From positions 13,328-77,327 of the forward strand of contig CAZQVF010000005.1 of assembly GCA_964596735.1 (NCBI GenBank): a DNA stretch of 64,000 nt. Direction: 5' to 3'. The DNA comes from an uncultured Gammaproteobacteria bacterium (GTDB lineage Bacteria; Patescibacteriota; Patescibacteriia; UBA2591; UBA6264). A program made the translations under genes and the position numbers. A model generated the notes under the pieces. It saw only the letters and a list, made by a program, of their open reading frames with translations, ran no database searches and was not told the DNA's origin. Of the stretch, positions 42,945-55,083 are shown one piece after another; the first letter of the stretch is position 1, and each line of letters starts with the position of its first letter.

Positions 42945-44219
42945 TTATATCCTTTTCTCTAAAATCCGCAACAAAGATTGTTTATTCTTAAATGGCCCTA
43001 TTAAGGCTAATTTTAGACCTTGTTTACAAAAAATATCTTGAGCTACATTTTGAATCTGTTTTTGGGTAACCTTTTTTAATTTTTTCAGTCGCTGACTTGG
43101 AGAAACAATCTTACCAACAAAAAGAGATTGATAACCATGCCAAGTTGCTAAATTAGCTGAATCTTCTAAGGAAATTTTCATTATTCCTCCAATATAATCT
43201 TTAGCTCGCGCTAACTCTTCTTTTGTTACAATATCTTTCTTAACTTTATTTAATTCATCTAAAATAACTTTTACTGTTTCTAAAACCTTTTCTTTATCAA
43301 CCCCTGCTTGAATAACATAGTTACCAATATCTTGATATTTACCCAAACCCATTTTAATTGAATAAGCCAGCCCTCTTTTATCTCTAACCTGAGTAAAAAG
43401 GCGTGAACTCATATTTCCACCAAGAATTGTTGACAAAAGTGTGGCTGCTTCTAATTTGGGGTGATTATAAGAATAGGCAAAACCGCCCAAAGCAAGTTGT
43501 GTTTGTTTTAATTTTTTGAATCGAATTTTAATATCTGGCTTGGTTTTTTTTCTTACCAAAGGTGTATACTTAATTTTTTTTGCTCTTCCTTGATAAGAAG
43601 CAAAATATTTTTTAACCAGCTTAATAGTTTGGGTTTTTTCTATTCCTCCGGCCACTATCATCAACATCTGATTAGGTTGATAAAATAGTTCTTTATATTT
43701 AACTAAAGATCGTCTACTTAATTTTTGAACATCACTAAGGTGACCACTAATTAACTGTCCTAGGGCGTGTTTATTAAAAAGAGTACTTTCAAAAAATTCA
43801 TTAATATAAAATAAAGGATTTTCTTCATACATTTTAATTTCTTCTAAAATGACTGTCTTTTCATGATCAAATTCTTTCTGATCAAAAACAGAATTAAAAA
43901 GCATATCAGACAAAACGTCTAAACTTATACTTATCTTTTCTTTAGCTGATTTTACCCAATAACCAGTATGGTCTTTTCCTGTAAATGCATTGTAATATGC
44001 TCCTATTCCATCTAATTCCTTAGAAATTGCCAAACTATTTAATCTTTTTTTTGTTCCTTTAAACATCATATGTTCAATAAAATGCGAGCCACCATTTAAG
44101 TGAGCTGGTTCATATCTGGATCCAACTGGTAATAAAACTAAAACCGTCACTGTTTTTGCATCTTTAACAGGGACGGTAATTAATTTAAGACCGTTAGGAA
44201 AAATAGTTTGGGAGTACAT
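42945..44219 (-). CDS. M16-family (insulinase-like) zinc peptidase
   Basis: Inverted zinc motif HFIEHMMFKGT (HxxEH). Confidence 0.75.
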   Translation of the reverse strand: MYSQTIFPNGLKLITVPVKDAKTVTVLVLLPVGSRYEPAHLNGGSHFIEHMMFKGTKKRLNSLAISKELDGIGAYYNAFTGKDHTGYWVKSAKEKISISLDVLSDMLFNSVFDQKEFDHEKTVILEEIKMYEENPLFYINEFFESTLFNKHALGQLISGHLSDVQKLSRRSLVKYKELFYQPNQMLMIVAGGIEKTQTIKLVKKYFASYQGRAKKIKYTPLVRKKTKPDIKIRFKKLKQTQLALGGFAYSYNHPKLEAATLLSTILGGNMSSRLFTQVRDKRGLAYSIKMGLGKYQDIGNYVIQAGVDKEKVLETVKVILDELNKVKKDIVTKEELARAKDYIGGIMKISLEDSANLATWHGYQSLFVGKIVSPSQRLKKLKKVTQKQIQNVAQDIFCKQGLKLALIGPFKNKQSLLRILEKRI

Positions 44220-44220
44220 T

Positions 44221-45591
44221 TTAAAATAATTTATCCTTTAAATAGTCTATTAATTCTTCAATACTTATTCTCTCTTGCTTCATTGTGTCTCTATCTCTAA
44301 TGGTCACCTTTTTGTCGTCTAAACTGTCAAAGTCAACGGTTACACAGTATAGGGTGCCAATTTCATCCTGACGACGATAACGTCGACCAATAGAACCGAC
44401 TTCGTCATATTGGACCATCCAATATTTTTTCAAGTCTTTATAAATACTCTGAGCCACTTTTTTTAAAGGTTCTTTTTTGCTTAAAGGTAAAATTGCTACC
44501 TTGATTGGAGCTAAATCTTTATGTAAGCGGAGAACAACTTCTTGTTCTTTGTTTGATCTAGTTGTTGTTGTTCGTCCTCCTTTAATTTCTTCATAAGCAT
44601 CAGTCAAAAAGGCTAATAATGGCCTGTCAACGCCAGCTGACGGTTCAATAACATAAGGAATATACTTTTTCCTATCTTGATCTTGATAAGACATATCTTG
44701 GCCAGAAAATTTTTGATGTTGTTTTAAGTCAAAATCACCCCTATTGGCCACTCCTTCTAATTCTGACCAACCAAAAGGAAATTTATACTCAACATCAGAA
44801 CAAGACTGAGCATAATGAGCTAATTCATCCTTTCCGTGTTCACGCAAACGCAAGTTTTTCTTTTTAATCCCTAAATCCAAATACCAATCAAATCTTTGTT
44901 TTAACCAATATTTATACCATTTTTTAGCTTGATTAGCCCTTACAAAAAATTCTACTTCCATTTGTTCAAACTCCCGGGTTCTGAAAATAAAATTACCTGG
45001 GGTTATTTCGTTGCGGAAAGATTTACCAATCTGGGCAATGCCAAAAGGTGTTTTCATCCGACTGGATTGCAAAATATTATTAAAATTAACAAATATTCCT
45101 TGAGCAGTTTCTGGACGAAGATAGATTATATTGGCCTCAGTTTCGGTGGGCCCCATAAAAGTTTTAAACATTAAATTAAATAGCTGTTCATTTGTAAACT
45201 CCCTTGAACCACATTCAGGACAAATTTTTTGGGGCTGTTTTGTCCATTTTACTCCCTTTTTATGTCGCTCTACAGAAACTCCCAAATCTTCTAACCTAAA
45301 TCTTTTATGGCAATTTTTGCATTCAACTAAAGGATCATGAAATCCCTTTAAGTGTCCAGAGGCCTCCCAAACCTTAGAATTCATTAAAATAGAAGAATCT
45401 AGGCCAACCACGTCGTCTCTTTCTTGAACAACCTTTTTCCACCAGGCTTTTTTAATATTATTCTTTAATTCCACACCTAAAGGCCCATAATCATAGCAAG
45501 AAGCTAATCCTCCATAAATTTCTGATGAAGGAAAAATAAACCCCCGGCGCTTAGCTAAAGATACTATTTTCTCCATTAATTCTTGACTCAT
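44221..45591 (-). CDS. glyQS: Glycyl-tRNA synthetase (alpha2, eukaryal/archaeal type)
   Basis: MSQELMEKIVSLAKRRGFIFPSSEIYGG...; class II motifs and C-terminal anticodon-binding domain. Confidence 0.85.
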   Translation of the reverse strand: MSQELMEKIVSLAKRRGFIFPSSEIYGGLASCYDYGPLGVELKNNIKKAWWKKVVQERDDVVGLDSSILMNSKVWEASGHLKGFHDPLVECKNCHKRFRLEDLGVSVERHKKGVKWTKQPQKICPECGSREFTNEQLFNLMFKTFMGPTETEANIIYLRPETAQGIFVNFNNILQSSRMKTPFGIAQIGKSFRNEITPGNFIFRTREFEQMEVEFFVRANQAKKWYKYWLKQRFDWYLDLGIKKKNLRLREHGKDELAHYAQSCSDVEYKFPFGWSELEGVANRGDFDLKQHQKFSGQDMSYQDQDRKKYIPYVIEPSAGVDRPLLAFLTDAYEEIKGGRTTTTRSNKEQEVVLRLHKDLAPIKVAILPLSKKEPLKKVAQSIYKDLKKYWMVQYDEVGSIGRRYRRQDEIGTLYCVTVDFDSLDDKKVTIRDRDTMKQERISIEELIDYLKDKLF

Positions 45592-45628
45592 ATAAATATG
45601 ATAACAGATTTGTTAGAAAAATAAAGAT

Positions 45629-46720
<1,092 letters not shown>

Positions 46721-46759
46721 TTATTTATAAGCAAAGCTTGAAATTAAAAAACATTTTAA

Positions 46760-47479
46760 CTATAAATGCCAGCTGAAAAACAGCTTAATCACTTTCTCGG
46801 CTATTTGTAAATCCTTTTGGACAAATTTTTGTTGAATTAAAGAAGCAAAATCTTGGTAAAGCAATTTTCGTAAAACCATTAAAGCTTTTATATTAATTCT
46901 GACTTGTTGATTGTTAGCGTTGTCATCTAAATTATGTTTTAAGCAAACAATTCCCCCTTTTTCTAAATTAAAAACAATCTCTTCTTCTTGGGGTGTTTGA
47001 TAACAAATTAGACAGGTTTTTATCTCTGGACAATATCCTGAGAAAGCGAGGAATTTGATTAAAAAAGCATGATTAATAATCCTAATTTTATTTAAAGGAA
47101 TTTGATTAATTATTTTTAAAAATTTTAATATCAGAAGGAAAATTTTTTTATCAGACTGGGGTTTAATTAATTGATTAATTCGTTTTAGTAAAGTATTGGT
47201 TTGAATAATCTTTTGTTCTTCTGTAATAATATTCTTAAAACGTTCCTTAACCTCACCGCCAATTAAATGAGTATGACTTTTCCCTGGAGCAACAACTAAA
47301 TCTAATAAAGCAAAAGGCTCCGAAATAAGTGGAGCCAGCTTAGAATTGATTTTACGAGCCCCGCGAACAAAGACTTCTAATTTGCCAGATTCTTGACTAT
47401 AAAAAGATATAACTTGATCATTCTCCCGCCAATTCTCTCTGGCCAAAATTATTCCCAGTAAATGTTGGGTTCTAGACAT
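46760..47479 (-). CDS. recO: DNA repair protein RecO
   Basis: N-terminal OB fold (GIILARENWRENDQVISFYSQESGKL) and C-terminal C4 zinc motif (CLICYQ...CLKH). Confidence 0.7.
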   Translation of the reverse strand: MSRTQHLLGIILARENWRENDQVISFYSQESGKLEVFVRGARKINSKLAPLISEPFALLDLVVAPGKSHTHLIGGEVKERFKNIITEEQKIIQTNTLLKRINQLIKPQSDKKIFLLILKFLKIINQIPLNKIRIINHAFLIKFLAFSGYCPEIKTCLICYQTPQEEEIVFNLEKGGIVCLKHNLDDNANNQQVRINIKALMVLRKLLYQDFASLIQQKFVQKDLQIAEKVIKLFFSWHL

Positions 47480-47481
47480 AA

Positions 47482-50388
47482 TTATTTTTTCAACACTAGC
47501 CTAACCTTTTGTCCGTTTATCTCTATTTCTTTCTGAATTAAACTTTTATCTGAAATAGTTTGAAAGAGAATGTTTTTACTAACCGTATTTTTTTTAAATA
47601 ATTCTTTATATTTTTCCAAAATCTGTTTAATCTCCCTAGACTCTGTTTGACAAAATATATTAACTAAATCCTTTTGAGTCAAACCAGCTTTTTTTCGCAA
47701 AGCATTAATTTGACGAACAATTTCCCGAACCAATCCTTGTTCTTTTAATTCTAAACTAATCTCTGTATTTAAACATAATTCAATGCCACCCTCTTTTGTC
47801 GTCTTCCAATTATCTCCCTGAGGTAAATTTTTCTCAATTTCAATCTCTTTTATATTTAATTCATCCTTGATTAAATCAACTAAGCTATCTGAAACCCCAA
47901 CTCCTGAAACTATTAGTTTGGCCAAAGGTTGGCGAACTTTAATCCCTGCTTGAACCCGTAAATTATGCCCTAATTCACAAATTTTTCTTACCATCTGCAT
48001 TTCAGATAATAATTTTTCATTAATTAAATCTTCATCAAATTCAGGCCAATCTTGCAAATGAACAGACTCTTGTTTCCCATCTATATCTTGATATATGTAT
48101 TCAGCTAAGAAGGGGAGAAAAGGAGCCATGATTCTACTCAAATGAAACAAAATTCTTCTTAATGTTTTTAAGGCTTTTATCCTGGCCTCTTTGTCTTCTC
48201 CTCTAAACCTGCCTCTTGATCTTCTAATATACCAAGTAGATAAATCATTGACAAAATTAGGTATCTCCCGTACAGCGTTTAAGTCATACTTATCCATTCT
48301 TTTAGTAATATCTCTAGTTAACAAACTAAGTCGACTAGTAATCCATTGGTCAAGGACATGAGTAATGTCTTTATTTTTATCTAGATTCTCAACCTTAATA
48401 TCTCTTTTAAACATCTGGTAAAAAGTCAAAACGTTCATTAAAGTGGTAAAAAATCGACACTGTTCTTTTAAGTCTTTTTCAGAAAAACTTAAATCCTCTG
48501 CTTTCATTACTGAAGAATTTGTTAAATAATATCGTATTGCATCTGCACCATACTTTTCCATTACTTCTATCGGGTCTGGATAATTTCTTAAGTGTTTTGA
48601 CATTTTTTTACCGTCTTCGGCCAAAACCATACCATTAACAACTACGTTTTTAAAACAATTGGTGTTTTTAAGAGCCGTGGCTAAAATATGCAAATAATAA
48701 AACCAAGCCCGTGTATGATCAATTCCTTCGGCAATAAATTGAGCGGGAAAATTTTTTTCAAACCTCTCTTTGTTCTCAAAAGGATAATGTAACTGAGCAT
48801 ATGGCATTGCCCCTGATTCAAACCAACAATCTAAAACATCTGGGACTCTTCTCATTATTCCCTGGCATTTTTCACATTTAAAAGTGTATTTATCAACAAA
48901 ATGTTTATGAAGATCTTTAATTTTTTCTCCAGAAATTTCTTCTAATTCTTTGACTGAACCAAAAACTTTTTTTTCTCCGCATTTATCACATATCCAAACT
49001 GGAATAACTGAACCCCAAAATCTTTGTCTTGAAATTGACCAGTCTCTAGCCCCCTCTAACCATTTACCAAATCTTCCTTCTTTAATATGACTGGGGACCC
49101 AGTTAATCTCCCTGGCTGTTTTTAAAGCTTTTTCCCTAATTTTTGTCACATTAACAAATAAAGAAGAGGTCGCATAATTTAACAAAGGAGCATCACAACG
49201 CCAACAATGCGGATAAGAATGAACAAATGGAATCCTACTAAAAACCAACCCCTTTTTTTCTAAATAATCCAAGACTTTTTTGTCCGTACCCGCAGGATCG
49301 CTTTTGGGTTTTACTTCCTCACCTTTAAAATCAATAACATCATCTGTAAAATGTCCGTCCATTTTAACGTGTTGAATAAAAGGTAGCTCTTTTTCTTTCC
49401 CTAAATTCATATCATCCTCACCAAAAGCTGGAGCAATATGAACCACGCCGGTTCCGTCTTCTATAGTAACAAAGTCTGCCAACTGAACAGTATATAAATT
49501 TTGTTTATTTTCTAGATTTTTATCTAAATAATAATCGAATAATGGTCTATATTTTTTATTCTCTAATTCTTTGGCTTTAATATCTTTTAAAATTTTATAC
49601 TTTCTTCCTTCAAATATATTTTCTATGTTCTGCTTAACACAAATATATCTTTCTTTTCCTGATTCGACTAAAACATATTTTAAATTCTCTCCCATGGCCA
49701 AAGCGACATTTCCGGGTAGTGTCCAGGGTGTAGTCGTCCAAGCTAAAATATAAACGTCTGGCTGATCTATTAGTTCAAACTTAGCAATAACAGATATATC
49801 TTCAATGTCCTTATATCCTTCACTTACTTCATGTTGAGATAAGGTAGTTTCACACCGAGGACAAATATGCATTGATTTATAACTTTCATAAATCAATCCT
49901 TTATCCCACAACTCTTTGAATGCCCACCAAATGCTTTCCATGTAATCTTTATCCATTGTTTTATAGTCATTGTCCATATCTACCCAGCGCCCGAAACGGT
50001 AAATAATTTTTCTCCATTCTTCAGCATAAATTAAAACCTTGCTTCGACAGGTTTCATTAAATTTAGCGACCCCTAGTTCCTCAATTTGTTTTTTGCTTTT
50101 AATTTTCATTTCCCCTTCAACAATATTTTCAATTGGCAAGCCGTGGCAATCCCATCCCCATTTTCTTTCAACATGATATCCTTTCATTGTCCAATAACGA
50201 GGGACCACATCTTTCATTAAACTAGCAACCAAATGACCATAATGGGGGGTGCCTGTAGCAAAAGGGGGGCCGTCATAAAATACAAAATCACCTTGATTAG
50301 AAGATTTCCTTTTCAAGGACTTTTCAAAGGTTTTATCTTTATCCCAAAACCTTAGAATTTCTTTTTCAATTTGAGAAAAATTAAACAT
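47482..50388 (-). CDS. ileS: Isoleucyl-tRNA synthetase (type 2, eukaryal-like)
   Basis: FYDGPPFATGTPHYGHL (HIGH region), KMSKHLRN (KMSKS), CP1 editing domain. Confidence 0.9.
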   Translation of the reverse strand: MFNFSQIEKEILRFWDKDKTFEKSLKRKSSNQGDFVFYDGPPFATGTPHYGHLVASLMKDVVPRYWTMKGYHVERKWGWDCHGLPIENIVEGEMKIKSKKQIEELGVAKFNETCRSKVLIYAEEWRKIIYRFGRWVDMDNDYKTMDKDYMESIWWAFKELWDKGLIYESYKSMHICPRCETTLSQHEVSEGYKDIEDISVIAKFELIDQPDVYILAWTTTPWTLPGNVALAMGENLKYVLVESGKERYICVKQNIENIFEGRKYKILKDIKAKELENKKYRPLFDYYLDKNLENKQNLYTVQLADFVTIEDGTGVVHIAPAFGEDDMNLGKEKELPFIQHVKMDGHFTDDVIDFKGEEVKPKSDPAGTDKKVLDYLEKKGLVFSRIPFVHSYPHCWRCDAPLLNYATSSLFVNVTKIREKALKTAREINWVPSHIKEGRFGKWLEGARDWSISRQRFWGSVIPVWICDKCGEKKVFGSVKELEEISGEKIKDLHKHFVDKYTFKCEKCQGIMRRVPDVLDCWFESGAMPYAQLHYPFENKERFEKNFPAQFIAEGIDHTRAWFYYLHILATALKNTNCFKNVVVNGMVLAEDGKKMSKHLRNYPDPIEVMEKYGADAIRYYLTNSSVMKAEDLSFSEKDLKEQCRFFTTLMNVLTFYQMFKRDIKVENLDKNKDITHVLDQWITSRLSLLTRDITKRMDKYDLNAVREIPNFVNDLSTWYIRRSRGRFRGEDKEARIKALKTLRRILFHLSRIMAPFLPFLAEYIYQDIDGKQESVHLQDWPEFDEDLINEKLLSEMQMVRKICELGHNLRVQAGIKVRQPLAKLIVSGVGVSDSLVDLIKDELNIKEIEIEKNLPQGDNWKTTKEGGIELCLNTEISLELKEQGLVREIVRQINALRKKAGLTQKDLVNIFCQTESREIKQILEKYKELFKKNTVSKNILFQTISDKSLIQKEIEINGQKVRLVLKK

Positions 50389-50401
50389 ATTATATTAAAA
50401 A

Positions 50402-52300
50402 TTATTCTTTAGATTCTATTACGATTCCTTGATTTTGACCCCAAGGATCATCTTTTAAGTTGGTATCTAAAGCACTTGCTTGGTCAAAAATCAAATCACC
50501 TGTTAATTGGTCTTCTGCGGTTAACAATATATCTTCAGTTAAAAAAAGTAGCTGATTTAACTGGAATTTTTTAGGAACCATTTTTACTTCAAACTGCGCC
50601 TCAACTAATGAATAGGGGCCTCCTTGATAAATTGATAATTCCGGAATTTGCCAAGAAACTTCTTGGCCATCTTCTTGATAAAGAATCAGGCCGTGAGTTG
50701 TCTTTGTCTGGCCGGTCCAAATCACACTGTCTGGTAATTTTGTTTTAACAAAAATATTTTTAATCGGATTCGTGGTATTTTTAATCCGCCAGAAAATTGA
50801 AAAACGAGTTTCTTCTCCCACCTGCGGAGGTAAGGGCCCTTGCCCCAGGGGAATGTGTTCATCATCGTAATAACGAGCATCAGACTCTAGGTTCAGACTA
50901 GTTTTAATGGGTAGCTCAATCTTGTTTCCTTGCATCTCCCAAATAAAGTCCTCTTGGTTTAATCTTCCTTGTCCTAAAATTTCAAGGCTGATCTGTGCTT
51001 GCAGTTCACTCGCTTTTATTGCTTGTAAAGATGTTTTCAGGGGGAGATCAAAAACAACAATTCCCTCAGCCCCTGGCAAAATCTGCTCAAAAGCGGGTAT
51101 TAAACCTGAAGACCATCCCTTGATTTTATTGTCTGAAAAAATTTCTAAAGATTCACTTATAACCTCGGAGGAAAGTTTTTTTGAAATAAAGGCTGAAGAC
51201 GATTGAGAACTAGAACCCTGATAATAGTGCCAGCGAGACTGATAAAGTCTATCAAAATCCACATACTGACCGCCAGTTAATTTTAGCTTTAAAACAAAAT
51301 CCTTAATAGTTTGTTGACTTTGATTGTAATATGTAAGGCCAATCGGCAAAATTTGCCCCCAATCACAGCTCTGTACTTTTTCAATTAGACCATTTACTTC
51401 TAAGGCTATATTAAAATCAAACTTTTCAAGTAATATTTTTTTTTGTTTTTCAATTTGAGAAAAAAACTCTTTATTTTCAAAAACACCAGCCTGTAGATCA
51501 AACGTTAATTCATTAATAAGTGGATTTTTAAAAACACCTTCAAATTCAAGTCCCTTTTTATCTTTTGGATTTAAATCATTAATTTTCCACTTAAGTTGAC
51601 GCTCTGATTCTTTAATTTCAATTTCCTCTTCTTTATTATTTTCTAAAACAGATTTTGCCCTTGCTAATGTAAAATCACGAGACCAATTAATAATTACCTG
51701 AGCAGTAGGAATTATTTCCTCACTGATGTTTTCTAAAGATAGGTTTGACTCTATTTTCTGGCCAAAACTAGACTGTTCAGGAATTTGCCAAGCTAAAAAA
51801 ATTGATGGTGTTAACTTAATCGAAGAAGACAATGTTTTTTGAAACTCAGAAGAAAATCCGGCTAAACGAAAATTTAAAACGCCATCAAAATTTTGAGCTT
51901 GATCAGCTCGCCCAAAGAGCTGACCCTGAAGCTCAATCTCTTTTAATTCACCTTTTTTAATCTGGGCAAAAGACCAAAAACATCTTTGGGCCAACACCTG
52001 ACCGCAAGCTGGAGAACTTGATTTAAGGACAAATCCTTGAGGAAAATCTAAAACTACCTCAACCTGCTCTAAATTATGGCGTCCCTGATTTTTGATAAAA
52101 ACAAAAAATGTATTTTCTTGGCCAACTATTTGTTCTGCATGCCGATAAAACCAAAACCTAATGTCTTGATTCTTATTGTCTGATGGATCTTGGTTAAAAT
52201 AAAAAAGGCCTATCAGACTGATCCCCAGGACTAATATCAATAAAACAAAAACAAGGCCTAAAAAACTTGATCCTCTATTTTTTGGCTGATTTGTTTGCAT
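50402..52300 (-). CDS. Hypothetical large membrane-anchored extracellular protein
   Basis: N-terminal TM (FLGLVFVLLILVLGISLIGLF) then ~590 aa beta-rich with no known motif. Confidence 0.35.
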   Translation of the reverse strand: MQTNQPKNRGSSFLGLVFVLLILVLGISLIGLFYFNQDPSDNKNQDIRFWFYRHAEQIVGQENTFFVFIKNQGRHNLEQVEVVLDFPQGFVLKSSSPACGQVLAQRCFWSFAQIKKGELKEIELQGQLFGRADQAQNFDGVLNFRLAGFSSEFQKTLSSSIKLTPSIFLAWQIPEQSSFGQKIESNLSLENISEEIIPTAQVIINWSRDFTLARAKSVLENNKEEEIEIKESERQLKWKINDLNPKDKKGLEFEGVFKNPLINELTFDLQAGVFENKEFFSQIEKQKKILLEKFDFNIALEVNGLIEKVQSCDWGQILPIGLTYYNQSQQTIKDFVLKLKLTGGQYVDFDRLYQSRWHYYQGSSSQSSSAFISKKLSSEVISESLEIFSDNKIKGWSSGLIPAFEQILPGAEGIVVFDLPLKTSLQAIKASELQAQISLEILGQGRLNQEDFIWEMQGNKIELPIKTSLNLESDARYYDDEHIPLGQGPLPPQVGEETRFSIFWRIKNTTNPIKNIFVKTKLPDSVIWTGQTKTTHGLILYQEDGQEVSWQIPELSIYQGGPYSLVEAQFEVKMVPKKFQLNQLLFLTEDILLTAEDQLTGDLIFDQASALDTNLKDDPWGQNQGIVIESKE

Positions 52301-52357
52301 ACCAATATTTAGGCTAAAATATTCTTATCCCTAAATAAAGGATTATTCTTCGTCTGG

Positions 52358-52807
52358 TTATTCTTTTAACTGTTTAATTGTTGCAATTATTTGAGAGTCT
52401 TGGGCTAATTTCTGAACATATACGACATGTTGGCGGCTAATTTGCATTTCATTTTCTGGAGCATGAAGATCTGTCTCAACGCTTACCACCGTAATTTGAG
52501 GCTGAGGAGGCTCAACTCCCTCTTCAGTCGGCGGTAGTTGTTGAACTTGTAAATAATAAACATCTTGTAAAACAATTGTTTGCGAATTTTGCTTAACAAT
52601 ATGACCAAAATAAGTACGGCCATTAGTTAAAAAGAATCCATACCAAGCACCTCCCTTAACTGGTGAAACAAAAATTGTCATCACCAAAAAAGCAACAATC
52701 GCAACGAGAACAATAATGCCTACAATTAATAATACTAATCCTTTTTTTCCATTAGCTGCTTTACCTTTTGATACTAATGGTTCGGATTTTTTCATTGCTT
52801 CTGACAT
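52358..52807 (-). CDS. Hypothetical single-pass membrane protein
   Basis: 149 aa with a TM at residues ~24-45. Confidence 0.3.
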   Translation of the reverse strand: MSEAMKKSEPLVSKGKAANGKKGLVLLIVGIIVLVAIVAFLVMTIFVSPVKGGAWYGFFLTNGRTYFGHIVKQNSQTIVLQDVYYLQVQQLPPTEEGVEPPQPQITVVSVETDLHAPENEMQISRQHVVYVQKLAQDSQIIATIKQLKE

Positions 52808-52843
52808 TGTAATAAATTATTAACTCGATTAATTAAATATACC

Positions 52844-54043
52844 TTAACCTTTATTTATCTCCCTATAAACACTGAGGGTTTTTCTAGCACATTTCTCCCA
52901 AGTAAAATTTTTAACTCGGGTGTGGCCCTTAGTAATTAATTTCTTTTGTAAATTTTTATCCTCTAACAAAGTATACATTACTTGGGCTATTTGAGCAACA
53001 TTATAAGGATCAACCAAAATCGCTGCGCTTTTGACTACCTCAGGAATAGAAGAAATATTACTACTAAGTATAGGGACTCCCTTGGCCATAGCTTCAAGAA
53101 TTGGCAAACCAAAACCTTCATAGAGCGATGGAAAGACAAATAAACTGGCTCCACTGAAAAGTGCCCCCAAATCATCGGCTTGAACATAACCTGGCAAGAT
53201 AATGTCATTTTTATACTCTGAATCAGCTATCTTCTTTTTGATTTTTTTAAAGTCATATCCTTTAGCCCCAGCTAAAACAAGTTGGTATTTAGAAAAAATC
53301 CTTTGACTAATTTTTCTTTTACTCCTCGTATTAGACAATGGCTGGATTAACCGACCCCTAAAACGTTCATAAGCCTCAATAATCCGCATAATATTCTTTC
53401 TTGATTCAAGGGTTCCTAAAAAGAACAAATAATCTTTTTGAATATTATACTTCTTTTTCACTTTTCTAATTTCTGATAAAGTTCTTTTTTTAAAAAACCG
53501 TTGATCAATACCATGATATATGATTTCTGTCTTTTCCGCGTCTAAATTAAAAATTTCCTGTAAATCCTTAGCAGTTGATTTAGAAACAGCGATTATCTTT
53601 CTGGCTTCTTTAAGAACATTCGGAACAGTGGTTTTCAATAAGTGAAATTTTTCTGGAAAGGTTAATTCAGGAAATTTATAAAAAGCTAAATCATGGACAG
53701 TGATTATGCTGGGCCCTTGATAAGAACGAGGAAGGGACAAATTTGGTGAATGAAAAATATCTAATTTTTCCCTGTCTAATGTCGCATTGGCTAAAAGATG
53801 AGAAAGGCCGTCGGGCATTAATTTTTTATACTGAAGAAAGGGGAAAAATCTAATTAAAACATTTCTTTGTTTAAACTTATCTAATCTTCTCTTTTGAACT
53901 GAACGGTCAAAAAATAAAAAATAGGTGTTTTTTTTATCAATTTTTAATAAATGCCTGACTAATTGATATGTATAATGGCCCAGGCCAGCTCCTTCGCCTT
54001 TTTCTGGATGTAAAATTGTTCGACAATCAATCCCAATACGCAT
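52844..54043 (-). CDS. Glycosyltransferase family 1 (GT4)
   Basis: EGFGLPILEAMAKGVPIL signature. Confidence 0.75.
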   Translation of the reverse strand: MRIGIDCRTILHPEKGEGAGLGHYTYQLVRHLLKIDKKNTYFLFFDRSVQKRRLDKFKQRNVLIRFFPFLQYKKLMPDGLSHLLANATLDREKLDIFHSPNLSLPRSYQGPSIITVHDLAFYKFPELTFPEKFHLLKTTVPNVLKEARKIIAVSKSTAKDLQEIFNLDAEKTEIIYHGIDQRFFKKRTLSEIRKVKKKYNIQKDYLFFLGTLESRKNIMRIIEAYERFRGRLIQPLSNTRSKRKISQRIFSKYQLVLAGAKGYDFKKIKKKIADSEYKNDIILPGYVQADDLGALFSGASLFVFPSLYEGFGLPILEAMAKGVPILSSNISSIPEVVKSAAILVDPYNVAQIAQVMYTLLEDKNLQKKLITKGHTRVKNFTWEKCARKTLSVYREINKG

Positions 54044-54062
54044 AATATTATAATATTATACC

Positions 54063-54091
54063 TTTTTGCTTTATTCGTAAAGTGCTATAAT
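54063..54091 (+). promoter_or_regulatory. Putative sigma70-type promoter of smpB with extended -10 TGCTATAAT
   Basis: TGnTATAAT at 54083-54091, ATG at 54101 (near-leaderless). Confidence 0.4.
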
Positions 54092-54100
54092 GGGGATATT

Positions 54101-54556
54101 ATGAGTTCAATTACTGCTAATAAAAAAGCCTATCACGACTATGAAATTCTGCAATCTCTTGAAGCAGGGATTGTCCTTTCTGGACCTGAGGTTAAATCTA
54201 TTAAAGGGGGGCGGATTAACCTTTCTGGCGGTTATGTTAACATTGATTCAAAGGGAGCTGTTTGGTTAATAAATGTTCACGTTGACCCTTATGCCCCTGC
54301 CGCTCAAGTACAAAAAGACTATAACCCAACCCAAAGCAGAAAATTACTTTTAAATAAAAAAGAAATTGCCTCTTTAATGGGCAAAATCAAAACCAAGGGG
54401 TTAACGATCATTCCTCTTAAAGTTTATACTAAACACCGTATTATTAAAATTGAAATCGGCTTAGTTAGAGGGAAGAAGAAATGGGACAAAAGAGAAGATA
54501 TTAAAAAACGAGAAACAAAAAGAAAAATAGAACAAAGCCTCAAAAATTATTCTTAA
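54101..54556 (+). CDS. smpB: SsrA-binding protein
   Basis: KKAYHDYEILQSLEAGIVLSGPEVKS... is the canonical SmpB. Confidence 0.9.
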   Translation: MSSITANKKAYHDYEILQSLEAGIVLSGPEVKSIKGGRINLSGGYVNIDSKGAVWLINVHVDPYAPAAQVQKDYNPTQSRKLLLNKKEIASLMGKIKTKGLTIIPLKVYTKHRIIKIEIGLVRGKKKWDKREDIKKRETKRKIEQSLKNYS

Positions 54557-55064
54557 CTTTCTTTAAACTACTTAAAAATATATAAGCAATAACACCTCCG
54601 GCTAAGGCGGTCGCTAGTTGTGGCCAACTCATTATGCTCACTACTTTAGTGGCGATTTCTTTTTTTAAAAGCAAATTAATAACAACCGAGCTAGTAGTAA
54701 AAAGAAAAATAAATTTTAAGACACTAGCCACAATTATTCCTAGCCAATAATTTTTATTTCTTAGATGGGCAAAAGTAATAATTAAAATAGCATTGGATAA
54801 CATAATAAAAGGTATCATTGGGGCTAAAATGGCGGGCAATAAGCCAGTTGATAGGGCAATTACGCTAGGAATTAAGCCAATTAAAAGGGCGTATTCTATT
54901 CCTAATAAACAAACAGCAATGAAAAGGATTGCATTAACAATTGGTCCTGTAACGGGCTGAAAATGAAACAAAGGAGCAATGGTTACTACACTAGTCAAAA
55001 AAAGAAATGCTGTTAAATTAATAACCACTTTTTTATTTAAAATCAAGGTTTTAATTTTTTCCAT
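54540..55064 (-). CDS. Small polytopic membrane protein (ECF-transporter S-component-like)
   Basis: 174 aa with 5-6 TM helices. Assignment is weak. Confidence 0.3.
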   Translation of the reverse strand: MEKIKTLILNKKVVINLTAFLFLTSVVTIAPLFHFQPVTGPIVNAILFIAVCLLGIEYALLIGLIPSVIALSTGLLPAILAPMIPFIMLSNAILIITFAHLRNKNYWLGIIVASVLKFIFLFTTSSVVINLLLKKEIATKVVSIMSWPQLATALAGGVIAYIFLSSLKKVKNNF

Positions 55065-55083
55065 AAATATAATTTTAAATTAA

